Assembly (NCBI GenBank): GCA_964291315.2
Contig: OZ219753.1
Location: forward strand, 1,344,001 to 1,408,000
Length of the DNA: 64,000 nt
Reading direction: 5' to 3'
Origin: Candidatus Poribacteria bacterium
Lineage (GTDB): Bacteria > Poribacteria > WGA-4E > WGA-3G
The translations under genes and the position numbers were made by a program. Shown piece after piece: positions 20,619 to 31,034 of this stretch (the first letter of the stretch is position 1; the number at the start of each line of letters is the position of its first letter). The notes under the pieces were generated by a model. That model had not been told where the DNA came from. It did not search any database and was given only the letters and a program-made list of their open reading frames with translations.

Positions 20619-23600
20619 CTACCATAGGATTGTGTCGATTTGCTGCATGAGGGTGAGGGTCTCCGCAATAGAGACTAAGATGGCACGATAATGCCGTACC
20701 TCCTCATGACGCAACACCTCCCCGCGACGATCCCGAAGCCACTTCTCACAGACCTGATACGAGCCGATCTTATACGCCCAGACCTCCGGCGGTACGTCTG
20801 TGAAATATTGCGTGGCATTCATCCAAACCGCGCCCTCCACATAACGCACCTTTCCGACAACGCCATCTCCCACGCCCTCAAAGCGGTGACGCGCCGGAAT
20901 TTCTACGTCTTTCAAGAGGTGCCAGTTCATGAGGTGCTGCCCGAGCGATGCGAGTGTGTGGAACTGCTCGCTGTTGCGCGGCATGGGGATACGCGGGTAG
21001 TCGTATTTGAGGAAGTCGTAGTACCGTTTGCGATAGGTGGGGCTATGGAGCAGTGCGTAGAGATAGGCGAGGATCTGCTCGGGTGAGACGCGTTCGGGCA
21101 GCTGGAAGGGTTGAACCTGCTGGGCATCCAGCGCCTCTGAGAGCGCGGTGAGAAAGGTTGGTTTGAAATTGAGGGAGCGTTCTGTGTTAAGTCCTAATTC
21201 TTTGGGGTTTGGATAGAGATAGAGCGGGAATACATGGGTGGGACCGTCTTTATTTGAGATACAACAGGCATCGGTAATCTCGTTGGTAACAAAGACGTGC
21301 TGCCATGTGGTAGAGCTTTTGAAGCTGCGGTATGTGCCGAGGGCAAGGTTTTCTTTTTGCAAATGCGGCATAATCGCCGGTCGTGGCCTACAGTGAAAGC
21401 CGCGCGACCGTCCTGTGTAGTAGGTCCAGCGCGTGTCAAACGGCCGGTAATTGATCGGCACAATGTGCTCTTCTGTGTTCGGATGATTGCGGAGGTCTGC
21501 TTGGGCGAGATGTACCTTCCAATCTTGGCTGTCTTTTGGCAACCCGTATTTTTCGCGGGCCTTGTCTACAGGGAGCGAGACAAAGTCGGTTACGGTGTCG
21601 CGAACATCTTCGGCAGTGCGATGGATTGTTAACTTATCTCGGGCGGTAACAATCCCGATTGAGCTTGCTTGAAAGATGTCGGTTATCCTCCATCCGACTT
21701 CGTATTCCTCTATGTGTTGCGTGTGACGTGGCACGAAATGATAGAACGGGGAGTCGGGGGTGAGCTCTGTCCACGTTGTGCTCTGAACATCGGTATTGAG
21801 GAGGGTTTCGTATTTTTCTACGCGACTGCCCCACACGTCGGCATAGTAGATTTTCGCGGGTGCAGGGTTGTGCGGCTCTTTAACACAGAACAGAATGGCT
21901 GTTCCCTGCAGAATATCAAAGACGTTCTCATCGGTTTTACCTTCGGGGACAATCTCTCCGATTCTAACGCTGCCGTGCAAGTTAAGACAGTAGATGGTGT
22001 TGAAGCTGTTGATCAGGCTCTGTCGCATACCGCGAAAGATGATACCGTACAGAAACCCGTTATTTACGATGTATCCAACAACGCCTTCTCCATTTTTATC
22101 AATGCGCCATTGTGCCCACCGGATAAATTTGACGTAGTCACTTTGAAGGGCTTGAACGTTTTGTTCTGTCATCCGTGCGCCATCGACGCTCCTATAATCT
22201 TCCATGAGCTGCCCGATGAAGTTTAAGCTTTTATCAGCGTTCCGGTTTGGATTGGCAGAGCTCCGTGGATAGGGTGGGTTGCCGAGGACGACGAGGAGGG
22301 TTCGTCGCGTTTCACTGACAACGCAGCGTTCGCCTCCTCGGAGATGAACTCCGTGAACGGCAACGGCGATTGCATCTCTTGCGGCTGTTCTAGTGTGTTG
22401 GTGAGGTAGATGCGTAGACGCTCATCCGCACGCCAGCCTTGCGATTCTAAGAAGAGACCCAACTTCAAGTGTGCGATGGTATACGGCGCAACAAGCAGCT
22501 CAAATCCAAAGAGGCGACGCACCAGATCCCCGTTGATATACTGTGCCCATTCCCCCGAGCCGTAGGTCGAGGTGACAGAAGCCTGGATCTGCTCAAGCAC
22601 TGCCAACAGAAAGCCGCCCGTCCCCGTCGCTGGGTCGAGGATGAGCGTATCGGTATCCGCGAGACCGTCCGATCTACCGAGCTCTGTTTTCAAGAGGCTA
22701 TCAACAGACCGCACAATATACGAGATCACCTGGGGCGGCGTATAGTAGACACCCCGATCAACCCGACGCTCCGGATTATACGCAGCGAGGAAGGTCTCAT
22801 AGAAGTGGATAACAGGATCCTCGGCGTGAGTTCCCGGAGAAAATGCCGTGCGGATCATCTCTGTCTGCACGTTTCGCAGGAGCGTTGCGATGTCGTCGAG
22901 GATATAGATGACGTTCGCCTCTAGCGTTGGCGATGCGATCTGATGAAAGAGCTGCACAAGAAATGGGTTGGATTTCGGAAGGGCTCCTGCGGCGGTGTGT
23001 CGTGAGAAGTTTGTGGCGTTCGGCAGCGTGCATCGGGCGGCGAATAGTCCATAGGCGAGCGTCTGTGCATACATATCCGCAAAATCAGCGGGGGTCAATG
23101 TAGAGAGCAGCAGCTCCTTGAAGGCGGAGAACATCCGATAGAGGTTGCTGTTTTCATTAGTGAGTGCAGCGGCGACTTGCACCTGTAGCTCTCGGGTGCG
23201 TCTGGCGAGGTATCTGGCGAGCACCTCTGGTGTGGCGATCTGAACGGGTTTGGCGTTTAGGAACCGTTCCAATAACATCTCCAAGTTTGCGGTGCCGTCT
23301 CCGGCGCGTGCTTGTGCGTGGAGTTGTCCGTCTGTCCAGAGCTGGAAGTCGACGAAGTTGGTCAGGATAAAGTTATCTAGGTTTTCGGTAAATCGTTTGT
23401 TCTGCTCTTGTGCGTGTCCTGTGAGCTTGTTGAGGTCTCTGCGGTATGACTCTGCTTCGATGTAGCCGATGGGGAGCAGTCCGTCTATTGCGACGAAGTC
23501 GGGTCTGCCGATCTGCTCGATATTTTTCGATTCTTGGAGGAAGTGTATGGTATTTCTGTGGAAGTGGTTAGCGGTTGTTTCCGCGAGGAATGCGTGTAGG

Positions 23601-23695
23601 TGTGGGAAGAGTGAGAGCTCTGGTGTTGCTGCGGTGTTGGCGCGGGTGTGTTGTATTCTCTGTAGGTAGCGGTTGGTGCGGGTGTGGAAGTCCAT
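20619..23695 (-). pseudogene. Frameshifted single-polypeptide restriction-modification enzyme (type IIG/ISP-like N6-adenine MTase with C-terminal specificity domain)
   Basis: PD..ExE nuclease-like N-terminus, GVYYTP, motif I LDPATGTGGF; motif IV GNPPY appears only in the shifted frame at ~22270-22300 and runs in frame into ORF 20619..22205 (YRPFD, YDYPRIP, IGSYQVCEKWL). Confidence 0.85.
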
Positions 23696-23729
23696 ATGTT
23701 GTTTTGAGATTAATCCTGTTTAGGTTGAG

Positions 23730-23756
23730 GTGGCACAGACGGGTCGTCTATGCTAC
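23730..23756. repeat. REP-like imperfect palindrome
   Basis: GTGGCACAGAC-GGGTC-GTCTATGCTAC; minus strand begins GTAG. Confidence 0.45.
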
Positions 23757-23964
23757 AAGAAGTGTCTGGGCTACACACAATGGTTTATTTCTGACGTTTA
23801 CGTTATTATACGGGTTTTGGTGGTTAGGTGCAAGTGTTTTCTGGGATCACATAACGTTTTGGAGCAGACGAAGTGCTTGAAAACTAGAAGTGGGCGTGGT
23901 ATATTTAAGTTGATGGTTTCTGCTTATTAACTGAACTTTGGACAGCCTGGAAAAGGGGTTTATC

Positions 23965-24681
23965 ATGAAAGAGTCGCGGAAAATGCGTTACAAAGCCGTT
24001 GTGTTCGATTTGTACGGGACACTGGTCGAAAATTTCAGTCGCCAAGTCTACGATCGCGTCCAAAAGCGGATGGCGAAAATTCTGGATGTACCCTATCCAA
24101 AATTCTGGCAAGTCATGGGAGAAACCTTCTATAACAGGGTATCGGGCAGCAACCGTTCACCCGAAGAGGAGATGCTGGAAGTCTGTCGACGCTTAGGTGT
24201 TAAAGCAGATAACGCACAAATCGCGAAGTGCCTCGGCTTGCGTTACGAGTTCACCCGAAATTCTGTCATCCCTGAAACCGAAGTTTTGGAAGCATTAAGC
24301 ATGCTGAAACGCAACGGCTTCCATATAGGACTCGTCACTAACTGCAACCGTGATGTGCCACTACTCTTTCCTGACTCACCTTTAGCGTCCTACATTGATG
24401 CCCCCATTTTCTCTTGTGTGGAAGGGGTTAACAAGCCTGATCATCGCATCTATGAGATAGTATGTGAGCACCTGAAAATTCAACCCCAGGAATCTATTTA
24501 CGTTGGAGACGGGAGCAGTGAAGAATTGACGGGCGCGGCCGCGATCGGCATGTTACCGATACTAAAGTGGCCCGATTTAACAGATGTCTACGACCGACAC
24601 CGACCCGAGTTAGAAAACTGGCAAGGTATTACCATTAACGACATTGCCGAGCTGCCAAACCTTCTTTCCGAGCTGACTTAG
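23965..24681 (+). CDS. HAD family hydrolase
   Basis: FDLYGTL motif I, VTN motif II, KPD, YVGDG. Confidence 0.88.
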   Translation: MKESRKMRYKAVVFDLYGTLVENFSRQVYDRVQKRMAKILDVPYPKFWQVMGETFYNRVSGSNRSPEEEMLEVCRRLGVKADNAQIAKCLGLRYEFTRNSVIPETEVLEALSMLKRNGFHIGLVTNCNRDVPLLFPDSPLASYIDAPIFSCVEGVNKPDHRIYEIVCEHLKIQPQESIYVGDGSSEELTGAAAIGMLPILKWPDLTDVYDRHRPELENWQGITINDIAELPNLLSELT

Positions 24682-24838
24682 GGAGACAGGGAGGCAAGCC
24701 CTAAAATCACGGGGCTTAATTCACAGAAAAAGTCTCTAGGAGTCAGTAGATTTGATACACTTTTCAGATAATATTTGACCGCATAGAGATATAAGAACGG
24801 ACCGATAGCCGCTAATAGACTGTGCTGATAAACCATAT

Positions 24839-25555
24839 TCAAAGCACATCTGATAGCCGCACAAACCGGTACCCGTCTCGCTTTAGCGCTGTAATGATCA
24901 ACGCTGTCGCTTTAACAGTTCCTGAACGGTTTGCGTTCGGATTTTCTGCTTTTCCATCGTGTAGGACGACGATTGAACCTGCACCTTTGGATAATCTTAC
25001 CTTCCGCAGGACGGCTCCTGCAATTTTATTAGCGTTTTGTGTCATCCAATCCCAACCCCACGCATTGCAGCTGATATGGGTCCGGTTGCCTTTTGCAAGT
25101 ACCCATGCGACTGGCAGGAATCTTGTTAACAACGGGGCTCGAATCAGGAGCTCACCTGTAACCCCGGCTTGACGAATCAGCTTATCTGTGCGTTCGATTT
25201 CTCGCTGAATATAGGCAGGCGGGCAGAAACCGAGTACAGGATGGCTGTAGGAGTGATTTCCAATTTGGTGCCCCTCAGCGATCACGCGCTGCACTGTTTC
25301 AGGATGTTTCTCAATCCGATTGCCGATCATAAAGAAGGTAGCTTTGACATCATGCTTGCTGAGGATGTCAAGAATCTGATCCGTATACGGAGGTTTCGGT
25401 CCATCATCGAAGGTGAGTGCAACCACACGATCGCCCGTATTCAAACGAACGATATTTTTTCCGAAAGGAGGTTTAAAAAAAATCCACGACACGCCTAGTG
25501 TCGCAAGCCCTGACACAGCTGCAATTATTGATCTCATGAGGTTCTCCTTATTCAA
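24839..25555 (-). CDS. Polysaccharide deacetylase (CE4/NodB)
   Basis: LTFDDGP, HSYSHP, DW, VLHDG; N-terminal membrane anchor; motif 3 reads RAP. Confidence 0.88.
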   Translation of the reverse strand: MNKENLMRSIIAAVSGLATLGVSWIFFKPPFGKNIVRLNTGDRVVALTFDDGPKPPYTDQILDILSKHDVKATFFMIGNRIEKHPETVQRVIAEGHQIGNHSYSHPVLGFCPPAYIQREIERTDKLIRQAGVTGELLIRAPLLTRFLPVAWVLAKGNRTHISCNAWGWDWMTQNANKIAGAVLRKVRLSKGAGSIVVLHDGKAENPNANRSGTVKATALIITALKRDGYRFVRLSDVL

Positions 25556-25689
25556 CTAATTTTTCTTGATGGTTTTTGCTAAACTTGCTATTATTAAGTA
25601 GTTATAGCACAAAATGGTTTGGAGTTTCCTCAATAACCCGCAAACACGGAAATGTCTAGGTGATTTTGTTACCCAATTTTGGAGTTTTT

Positions 25690-26793
25690 GTGAAAATTCG
25701 CTGTATTAACGCTTATCAAGTCGATCTCCCGCTCCATGAGGGCAGTTATAATTGGTCTGGCGGAAAATCTGTATCCGTCTTCGACAGCACTATTGTCTCA
25801 ATAGAGACAGACGAAGGCATTACTGGTTACGGTGAGGTCTGCCCACTGGGCCCCTTCTATCTCCCTGCTTATGCAGCGGGGACCCGCACCGGCATTGCTG
25901 AACTTGCCCCGCATCTTATCGGTGAAGATCCTACACGATTGCTTCCGATCAATCAACGCATGGATGCTGCACTCAAGGGGCACCCGTATGTAAAATCCGC
26001 AATCGACATCGCCTGTTGGGATATTCTCGGTAAAATCGGAGACCAACCTGTTTGCACCCTCCTCGGCGGCAGGTATGGCTCGGACTTCATGCTCTATCGC
26101 GCGATTTCGCAACAATCTCCGCATGAGATGGCGGCAAAGATCGCAACCTACCGCCAAGAAGGATACCGCAAATTCCAGTTGAAAGTCGGTGGTGACCCAA
26201 ATACCGATATTCAACGCATCCAAGCGGCTGCCGAACTAATGCAACCCGGAGATGTGCTGATCGCTGATGCGAATACCGGTTGGTTAATGCACCAAGCCGC
26301 CCGCGTTGTTCGAGGCGTGCGCGATGTGGATGTCTACATTGAGCAGCCCTGCCTTTCCTATGAAGAATGCCTCGCAATCCGGCACCGCATAGACCATCCT
26401 TTCGTTCTCGACGAAACGATTGATAGCATCCAAGCCCTCTTACGGGCTCATGCTGATCGCGCCATGGATGTCGTCAATATTAAAATAAGCAAATTCGGCG
26501 GACTGACTAAAGCGAAACTCGCTAGAGACCTGTGCATTGAACTCGGAATTGCGATGACGATTGAGGATAGCTGGGGCGGGGACATTACAACCGCCGCGAT
26601 CGCCCATCTCGCCCACAGTACCCCACCAACGTTCCTTTTCACAGCAACCGATTTCAACAGTTACGTCACCGTCAGCACCGCAGCGGGCGCACCGCAGCGT
26701 ATAAAAGGTAGAATGGCAGCCTCAACGCAACCCGGTTTAGGTATCACCCCGGATATGGAGATGTTAGGCGAACCGGTCCTCCGTGTGGAGTAA
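25690..26793 (+). CDS. cis-3-hydroxy-L-proline dehydratase (enolase superfamily, MLE subgroup)
   Basis: [47 protein letters not shown]; GTG start after GGAG. Confidence 0.8.
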   Translation: MKIRCINAYQVDLPLHEGSYNWSGGKSVSVFDSTIVSIETDEGITGYGEVCPLGPFYLPAYAAGTRTGIAELAPHLIGEDPTRLLPINQRMDAALKGHPYVKSAIDIACWDILGKIGDQPVCTLLGGRYGSDFMLYRAISQQSPHEMAAKIATYRQEGYRKFQLKVGGDPNTDIQRIQAAAELMQPGDVLIADANTGWLMHQAARVVRGVRDVDVYIEQPCLSYEECLAIRHRIDHPFVLDETIDSIQALLRAHADRAMDVVNIKISKFGGLTKAKLARDLCIELGIAMTIEDSWGGDITTAAIAHLAHSTPPTFLFTATDFNSYVTVSTAAGAPQRIKGRMAASTQPGLGITPDMEMLGEPVLRVE

Positions 26794-26797
26794 TCGT

Positions 26798-27763
26798 ATG
26801 CGTATCAGAATTCTCTCTGCCTCCGATGTTCGAGCAGCTCTACCCATGCCTAAAGCCATCGAGGCAATGCGGCACGCTTACAGTCAACTGTCAGCAGGCA
26901 AAGCGACCGTACCACCGCGCCAACATATTTCTGCTGCTCAAGGGGTTACCCTCATAATGCCAGCACACCTGCCGCAACGCAGCGAGTTTGGGATCAAAGT
27001 GGTCTCAGTTTATGACAACAACCCCAAACTCAACTTACCGCGCATCACTGGCACAGTTTTGATCATCGATCCTGCCACGGGAACCCCAAAAGCGTTCATG
27101 GACGGCGCGAGTCTCACTGCCATCCGGACCGGAGCAGGGGGCGGCGTGGCAGCAGACCTACTTGCCCAAAAACACACAGAAACCGTCGGACTATTCGGGG
27201 CAGGTGTACAAGCAAGATCACAGCTCCAAGCAGTGATGGCCGTCAGAACCATCAAACGCGTGAACCTCATCAGTCGCACAAAAACCTCCGCACAACAATT
27301 CGCCACCGAAATTTCGGGATGGTCAGATGCCCCCGAAGTCAAACTTGCACACACACCACAACAGGTTGTAGAAGATGCTGATATTGTGCTATGCGCAACG
27401 ACAGCAGCAACCCCGCTTTTTGACGGAAACGCACTGCAAACCGGAACACACGTCACAGCAGTTGGTACGTTCGTGCCTGAAAAACGAGAGGTTGACACGG
27501 CAACCATAAGACGCGCCGATCGGGTCGTAGTGGATTCTCGGACAGACTGCTTAGCCGAGGCAGGCGAACTAATTATTTCCAACGCTAAAATTGACGCTGA
27601 AATCGGTGAAATCCTCAACGGGGACAAGCCCGGACGTCAAGCGGCTAGCGACATCACGTTTTTCAAATCGGTGGGCGTAGCGGCACAAGACGCAGTCGCA
27701 GGCGCAGCAGCACTCGCAGCAGCAGAAGCACAAGGGTTAGGCACCCTCGTTGAAATGTGCTAA
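26798..27763 (+). CDS. Ornithine cyclodeaminase/mu-crystallin family protein (probable Delta1-pyrroline-2-carboxylate reductase)
   Basis: GIKVVS, LTAIRTGA, GAGVQA, FKSVGVAAQD; 4 nt after the dehydratase. Confidence 0.8.
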   Translation: MRIRILSASDVRAALPMPKAIEAMRHAYSQLSAGKATVPPRQHISAAQGVTLIMPAHLPQRSEFGIKVVSVYDNNPKLNLPRITGTVLIIDPATGTPKAFMDGASLTAIRTGAGGGVAADLLAQKHTETVGLFGAGVQARSQLQAVMAVRTIKRVNLISRTKTSAQQFATEISGWSDAPEVKLAHTPQQVVEDADIVLCATTAATPLFDGNALQTGTHVTAVGTFVPEKREVDTATIRRADRVVVDSRTDCLAEAGELIISNAKIDAEIGEILNGDKPGRQAASDITFFKSVGVAAQDAVAGAAALAAAEAQGLGTLVEMC

Positions 27764-27825
27764 TCACTATGAGTTTCAGGAGTCAGCTAGCATCTTGTAG
27801 CAGCGCGCACCCCTTGAACACCCCC

Positions 27826-28566
27826 TTAACGAGTAACTGAGGTCTGATCCCTTCTAAGACTGACATCCATTTTGCGTGCCTCCGGTAGATTCCACCACGG
27901 GATATACGGATATTCATGATGTTCCCAATGATAACCGAAGTGATAACAGGTGACAAACGACCAAAATGGCGAATACGCATTGCTCTGGGCCCGGTGTGGA
28001 TTATCGTAGCCATCCCTCGGCATGCGATGCGGCAGATACGTTCCAAAATAAAACAGCTGCAGAGTGCTAAGCAGGGCTGGAGACACCCAGAAGAGTATCA
28101 GATTCAGCCTCGGGATTCCTAGCACATGTTCCATGATTTGAAAAACAAGCGCCATACCCGCGATCTGTTTCCATCTGAGGTATTCCTTCATAAAATGAAG
28201 ATACCACCTCACGAAGCCGCTATGTTCTCCATCATGAAAATCTGGGTCAGTCCGGCTTGCGGGTTTTCGGTGGTGTTCCCAATGTTTTTCCAATAATATG
28301 CTATATGAAAATAGGGCATATAACCCGACAGCGATTGCCCCAATCGTATTGTTGACACGAGGATGTGTATTACAAACCGAACCGTGCATCGCATCGTGCG
28401 CAGTGATAAACACTCCTGTGTAGAGAAACGTCTGACAAAGGACCCCCAAAGGTATCAGCACAATGTTCTTCCGGGCAACGTCGAGGGTGAGTAACATCGA
28501 CAGACTCACGCCCCACAGACCGATGATTGTTAGCGCGATGAATAAACCTATGTTTGTTCGTTTCAT
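27826..28566 (-). CDS. crtW: Beta-carotene ketolase (CrtW type)
   Basis: His boxes HDAMH, HWEHH, CYHFGYHWEHH; QLFYFGTYLPHR; ATG overlaps cruF stop (ATGA). Confidence 0.88.
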   Translation of the reverse strand: MKRTNIGLFIALTIIGLWGVSLSMLLTLDVARKNIVLIPLGVLCQTFLYTGVFITAHDAMHGSVCNTHPRVNNTIGAIAVGLYALFSYSILLEKHWEHHRKPASRTDPDFHDGEHSGFVRWYLHFMKEYLRWKQIAGMALVFQIMEHVLGIPRLNLILFWVSPALLSTLQLFYFGTYLPHRMPRDGYDNPHRAQSNAYSPFWSFVTCYHFGYHWEHHEYPYIPWWNLPEARKMDVSLRRDQTSVTR

Positions 28567-29225
28567 AAGCTTTTCAAGTCCACCAGTCCAAAATAAATGA
28601 GCTGCGCAAGATAGAAGTGAAACGCGATACGAGGCAGCGGGGGCTGAGAAAACAAGCCCATTCTTATACCTAGCATCGTAAAAATAAAACTCAATCCGAA
28701 CCACGCCAGATAGTTCTGCAAAGGAATACGGTTGTCCACCCATGTCCAATAGTCTAATTTGCCTGCTGCGGGTTCTAAAAACAGATCAAAACAGACCATT
28801 AACAGCGCCGTCCAGAGCGCCAACCTGATACTGTTTTCAACCACGGATTTCGGGCCGAACCGTTGGACGACAGCGGCTGAGGAGATGAGCATTACAAACC
28901 ATGCAGCGCCAATACATGCGGGTACACCATCAATCAACGGTCGCAGTGTCTGGCCATATGTATACGCCCCGAAAATTTTCCCCGTTCGAACACCGAGCCA
29001 TTCCACTCCGAAGCTGCACACCACAACGATCGCACTCCAAAAGACCAGTTTCTGCTTTTTCCGTTGTGGGGATATCCGCCAGCACTCCCAAAACAGCCAG
29101 ACCCCTAAGCCGAAAACCATCGACGAGTTGAGGATCCGCATGATGCCTTGGAAAACGTCGAGCATGTGCCACAATCCGCCCGCCCCTAGAAGTAGATAAA
29201 GCCCGCCTATTTTTAGCTTGTTCAC
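28563..29225 (-). CDS. cruF: Carotenoid 1',2'-hydratase (CruF family)
   Basis: EWLGVRTGKIFGAYTYG, DLFLEPAA, YWTW, IPLQNYLAWF; multi-TM. Confidence 0.82.
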   Translation of the reverse strand: MNKLKIGGLYLLLGAGGLWHMLDVFQGIMRILNSSMVFGLGVWLFWECWRISPQRKKQKLVFWSAIVVVCSFGVEWLGVRTGKIFGAYTYGQTLRPLIDGVPACIGAAWFVMLISSAAVVQRFGPKSVVENSIRLALWTALLMVCFDLFLEPAAGKLDYWTWVDNRIPLQNYLAWFGLSFIFTMLGIRMGLFSQPPLPRIAFHFYLAQLIYFGLVDLKSL

Positions 29226-30347
29226 TTATCCGTTCACCTGTCTATTAATCTGCCGTCCTTTCCACTGTAAACGGCCGCGTTTGAACTGACAGAATGAATT
29301 GATACCAATCAGCAGAGTAGTCAAAATGCCAAGTGGGTGCAAAACAACACTTGTAAAGAACGGATGTCTGTATTTCAATGCCAGTACAGCGCGTATAACA
29401 GTGTTCATAGAGATTGCAGCGAGCGAGAGGGGTCTAAGCGATGCAGAACAGACCGTGATATACGGTAAAACGCAGATTGTGAACAGCACCAGCGTTAAAA
29501 TAAAAAACGGGACTGTTTTGTAACGCACTAGCCCAAAAAGATTTTTGGAAAATCCGCTCCACACTTCACTGAACGAATGGTACATCCTACAACGTACTAA
29601 GCGCGTGCCAGCCAAGGTCAAGATTTTGATGCCCCTCTTTTTTGCCAAGCGACTTAATTCAACGTCTTCAACAATTTGATTCGAGACTGCCTGGTGTCCA
29701 CCGACCTGTCGGTATGCCTCGCGGGTAAACGCGATCCATAGACCGCTCGCCGCTGCGAGCGAGGGGAAACGACTAAAATATGTTAACCATAACGGTAGCC
29801 CAGCATAAACGAACATATCAATCACCGGTACCACGAGTTTTTCTGCGAATGTTCCTGTCACCTTCTCTGGAAACGCTGACAATAATCCAAGTTCAAACTT
29901 TTCCATGTAGGCAACAGTATTAGCAATCGCGTCCGGTGCGGGACGGTTATCGGCATCGGTGAAAATAAGTATGTCGCCGCTGGCATGTTGGCTCAATTGA
30001 TGGCACGCCCAATTTTTCCCCAACCAGCCTGAAGGTAACGATTCGCCCCGAATTGCTTGAACCTTCGGATACCGTTTCGCAAATTTTTCAATGATAGATC
30101 CAGTGAGATCCATCGATTGGTCGTCAAGAACGTGAATCTCAAAATTGTCATACTTCTGGGCCAAGAACCCTTGGATACAACTGCCTATATTGGATTCCTC
30201 GTTGCGAGCGGGAATCAGCACCGAGACGCACGGACAGTTTCGGCAATCATCTGCGTTTTTGAGCATCGGTGCAGTTAACGCATTAAACAACGTGACCGTC
30301 AAGGCAACTGTCAATATCCCGGTAGCGATAAACATCAGTACAAACAA
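29226..30347 (-). CDS. GT2 carotenoid glycosyltransferase (CruC/CrtQ-like)
   Basis: VSVLIPARNEE, LDDQS, GWLGKNWACHQL, FTDAD, VEDVEL, CRMY. Confidence 0.82.
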   Translation of the reverse strand: MFVLMFIATGILTVALTVTLFNALTAPMLKNADDCRNCPCVSVLIPARNEESNIGSCIQGFLAQKYDNFEIHVLDDQSMDLTGSIIEKFAKRYPKVQAIRGESLPSGWLGKNWACHQLSQHASGDILIFTDADNRPAPDAIANTVAYMEKFELGLLSAFPEKVTGTFAEKLVVPVIDMFVYAGLPLWLTYFSRFPSLAAASGLWIAFTREAYRQVGGHQAVSNQIVEDVELSRLAKKRGIKILTLAGTRLVRCRMYHSFSEVWSGFSKNLFGLVRYKTVPFFILTLVLFTICVLPYITVCSASLRPLSLAAISMNTVIRAVLALKYRHPFFTSVVLHPLGILTTLLIGINSFCQFKRGRLQWKGRQINRQVNG

Positions 30348-30377
30348 TACTATTACCCTACCTTTAATCGCTAATCA

Positions 30378-31034
30378 TTAAAGCAAATTTCGCCCCGCCT
30401 CTTGACCAAGGATTCGCACTGCCAAATCCTCCAACAAAACGTTCTCGGTCTTTTCCAGCCAATCCATGCCGTAAAATGTGTCTGGATCGCACGAATAAAC
30501 ATCCCCAAACAAAAAAAACACCTTCGGACGTTTCTCACCGAGAAACTCGGTGCGGATACCTAGCGGAAGAACGGCTATTTGTTTTCCATACGCCCGTAAA
30601 ATCCGTTCAATGCCGCGCTTATAGCCGAGGGGACGGGTGTGCCACGGCAGCAGTTCACCCTGAGGAAAGATGGAGACCAGCGGTGTTCCTTGATTCAATA
30701 CCTCAACAGTGTATTCTAGCGACTCAACAATACCTTGCCGATGTTTCGGTTCTATGGAATAAGCCCCAAGCTTCGCAAAGAACTTGTATTTGGATAACTG
30801 CTCCTCAAGCATCATCAAATAGGCAGTTCGCTGGAAAATTCGTTTATTGAGCAGATAAACGAAGAATCCATCCCACCAGGTACTGTGATTCGGAAGCAAC
30901 AGCACGGGTAAATGAGACGGAATTTCCGGCAGCGCCCCCAAAACCTGAATCGTGTGAAAATGCCGCCTGAATAACCATGTGAGATACGGCTGGAAAATGA
31001 AGTCTGCCCAAAGCCGATGCTGTGCACGAATCAT
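30378..31034 (-). CDS. PlsC-family acyltransferase (CruD-like carotenoid glycoside acyltransferase)
   Basis: NHSTWWDG (HX4D), IFPQG; inside crt operon. Confidence 0.78.
   Translation of the reverse strand: MIRAQHRLWADFIFQPYLTWLFRRHFHTIQVLGALPEIPSHLPVLLLPNHSTWWDGFFVYLLNKRIFQRTAYLMMLEEQLSKYKFFAKLGAYSIEPKHRQGIVESLEYTVEVLNQGTPLVSIFPQGELLPWHTRPLGYKRGIERILRAYGKQIAVLPLGIRTEFLGEKRPKVFFLFGDVYSCDPDTFYGMDWLEKTENVLLEDLAVRILGQEAGRNLL

Noticed and set aside
20619-22205. Independent gene for the RM C-terminal half
   Set aside because: Its frame extends upstream through GNPPY to the frameshift; it is the second half of one gene
28567-28749. N-terminal extension of crtW in the ORF track
   Set aside because: Overlaps cruF; ATG 28566 with ATGA coupling gives a normal-length CrtW
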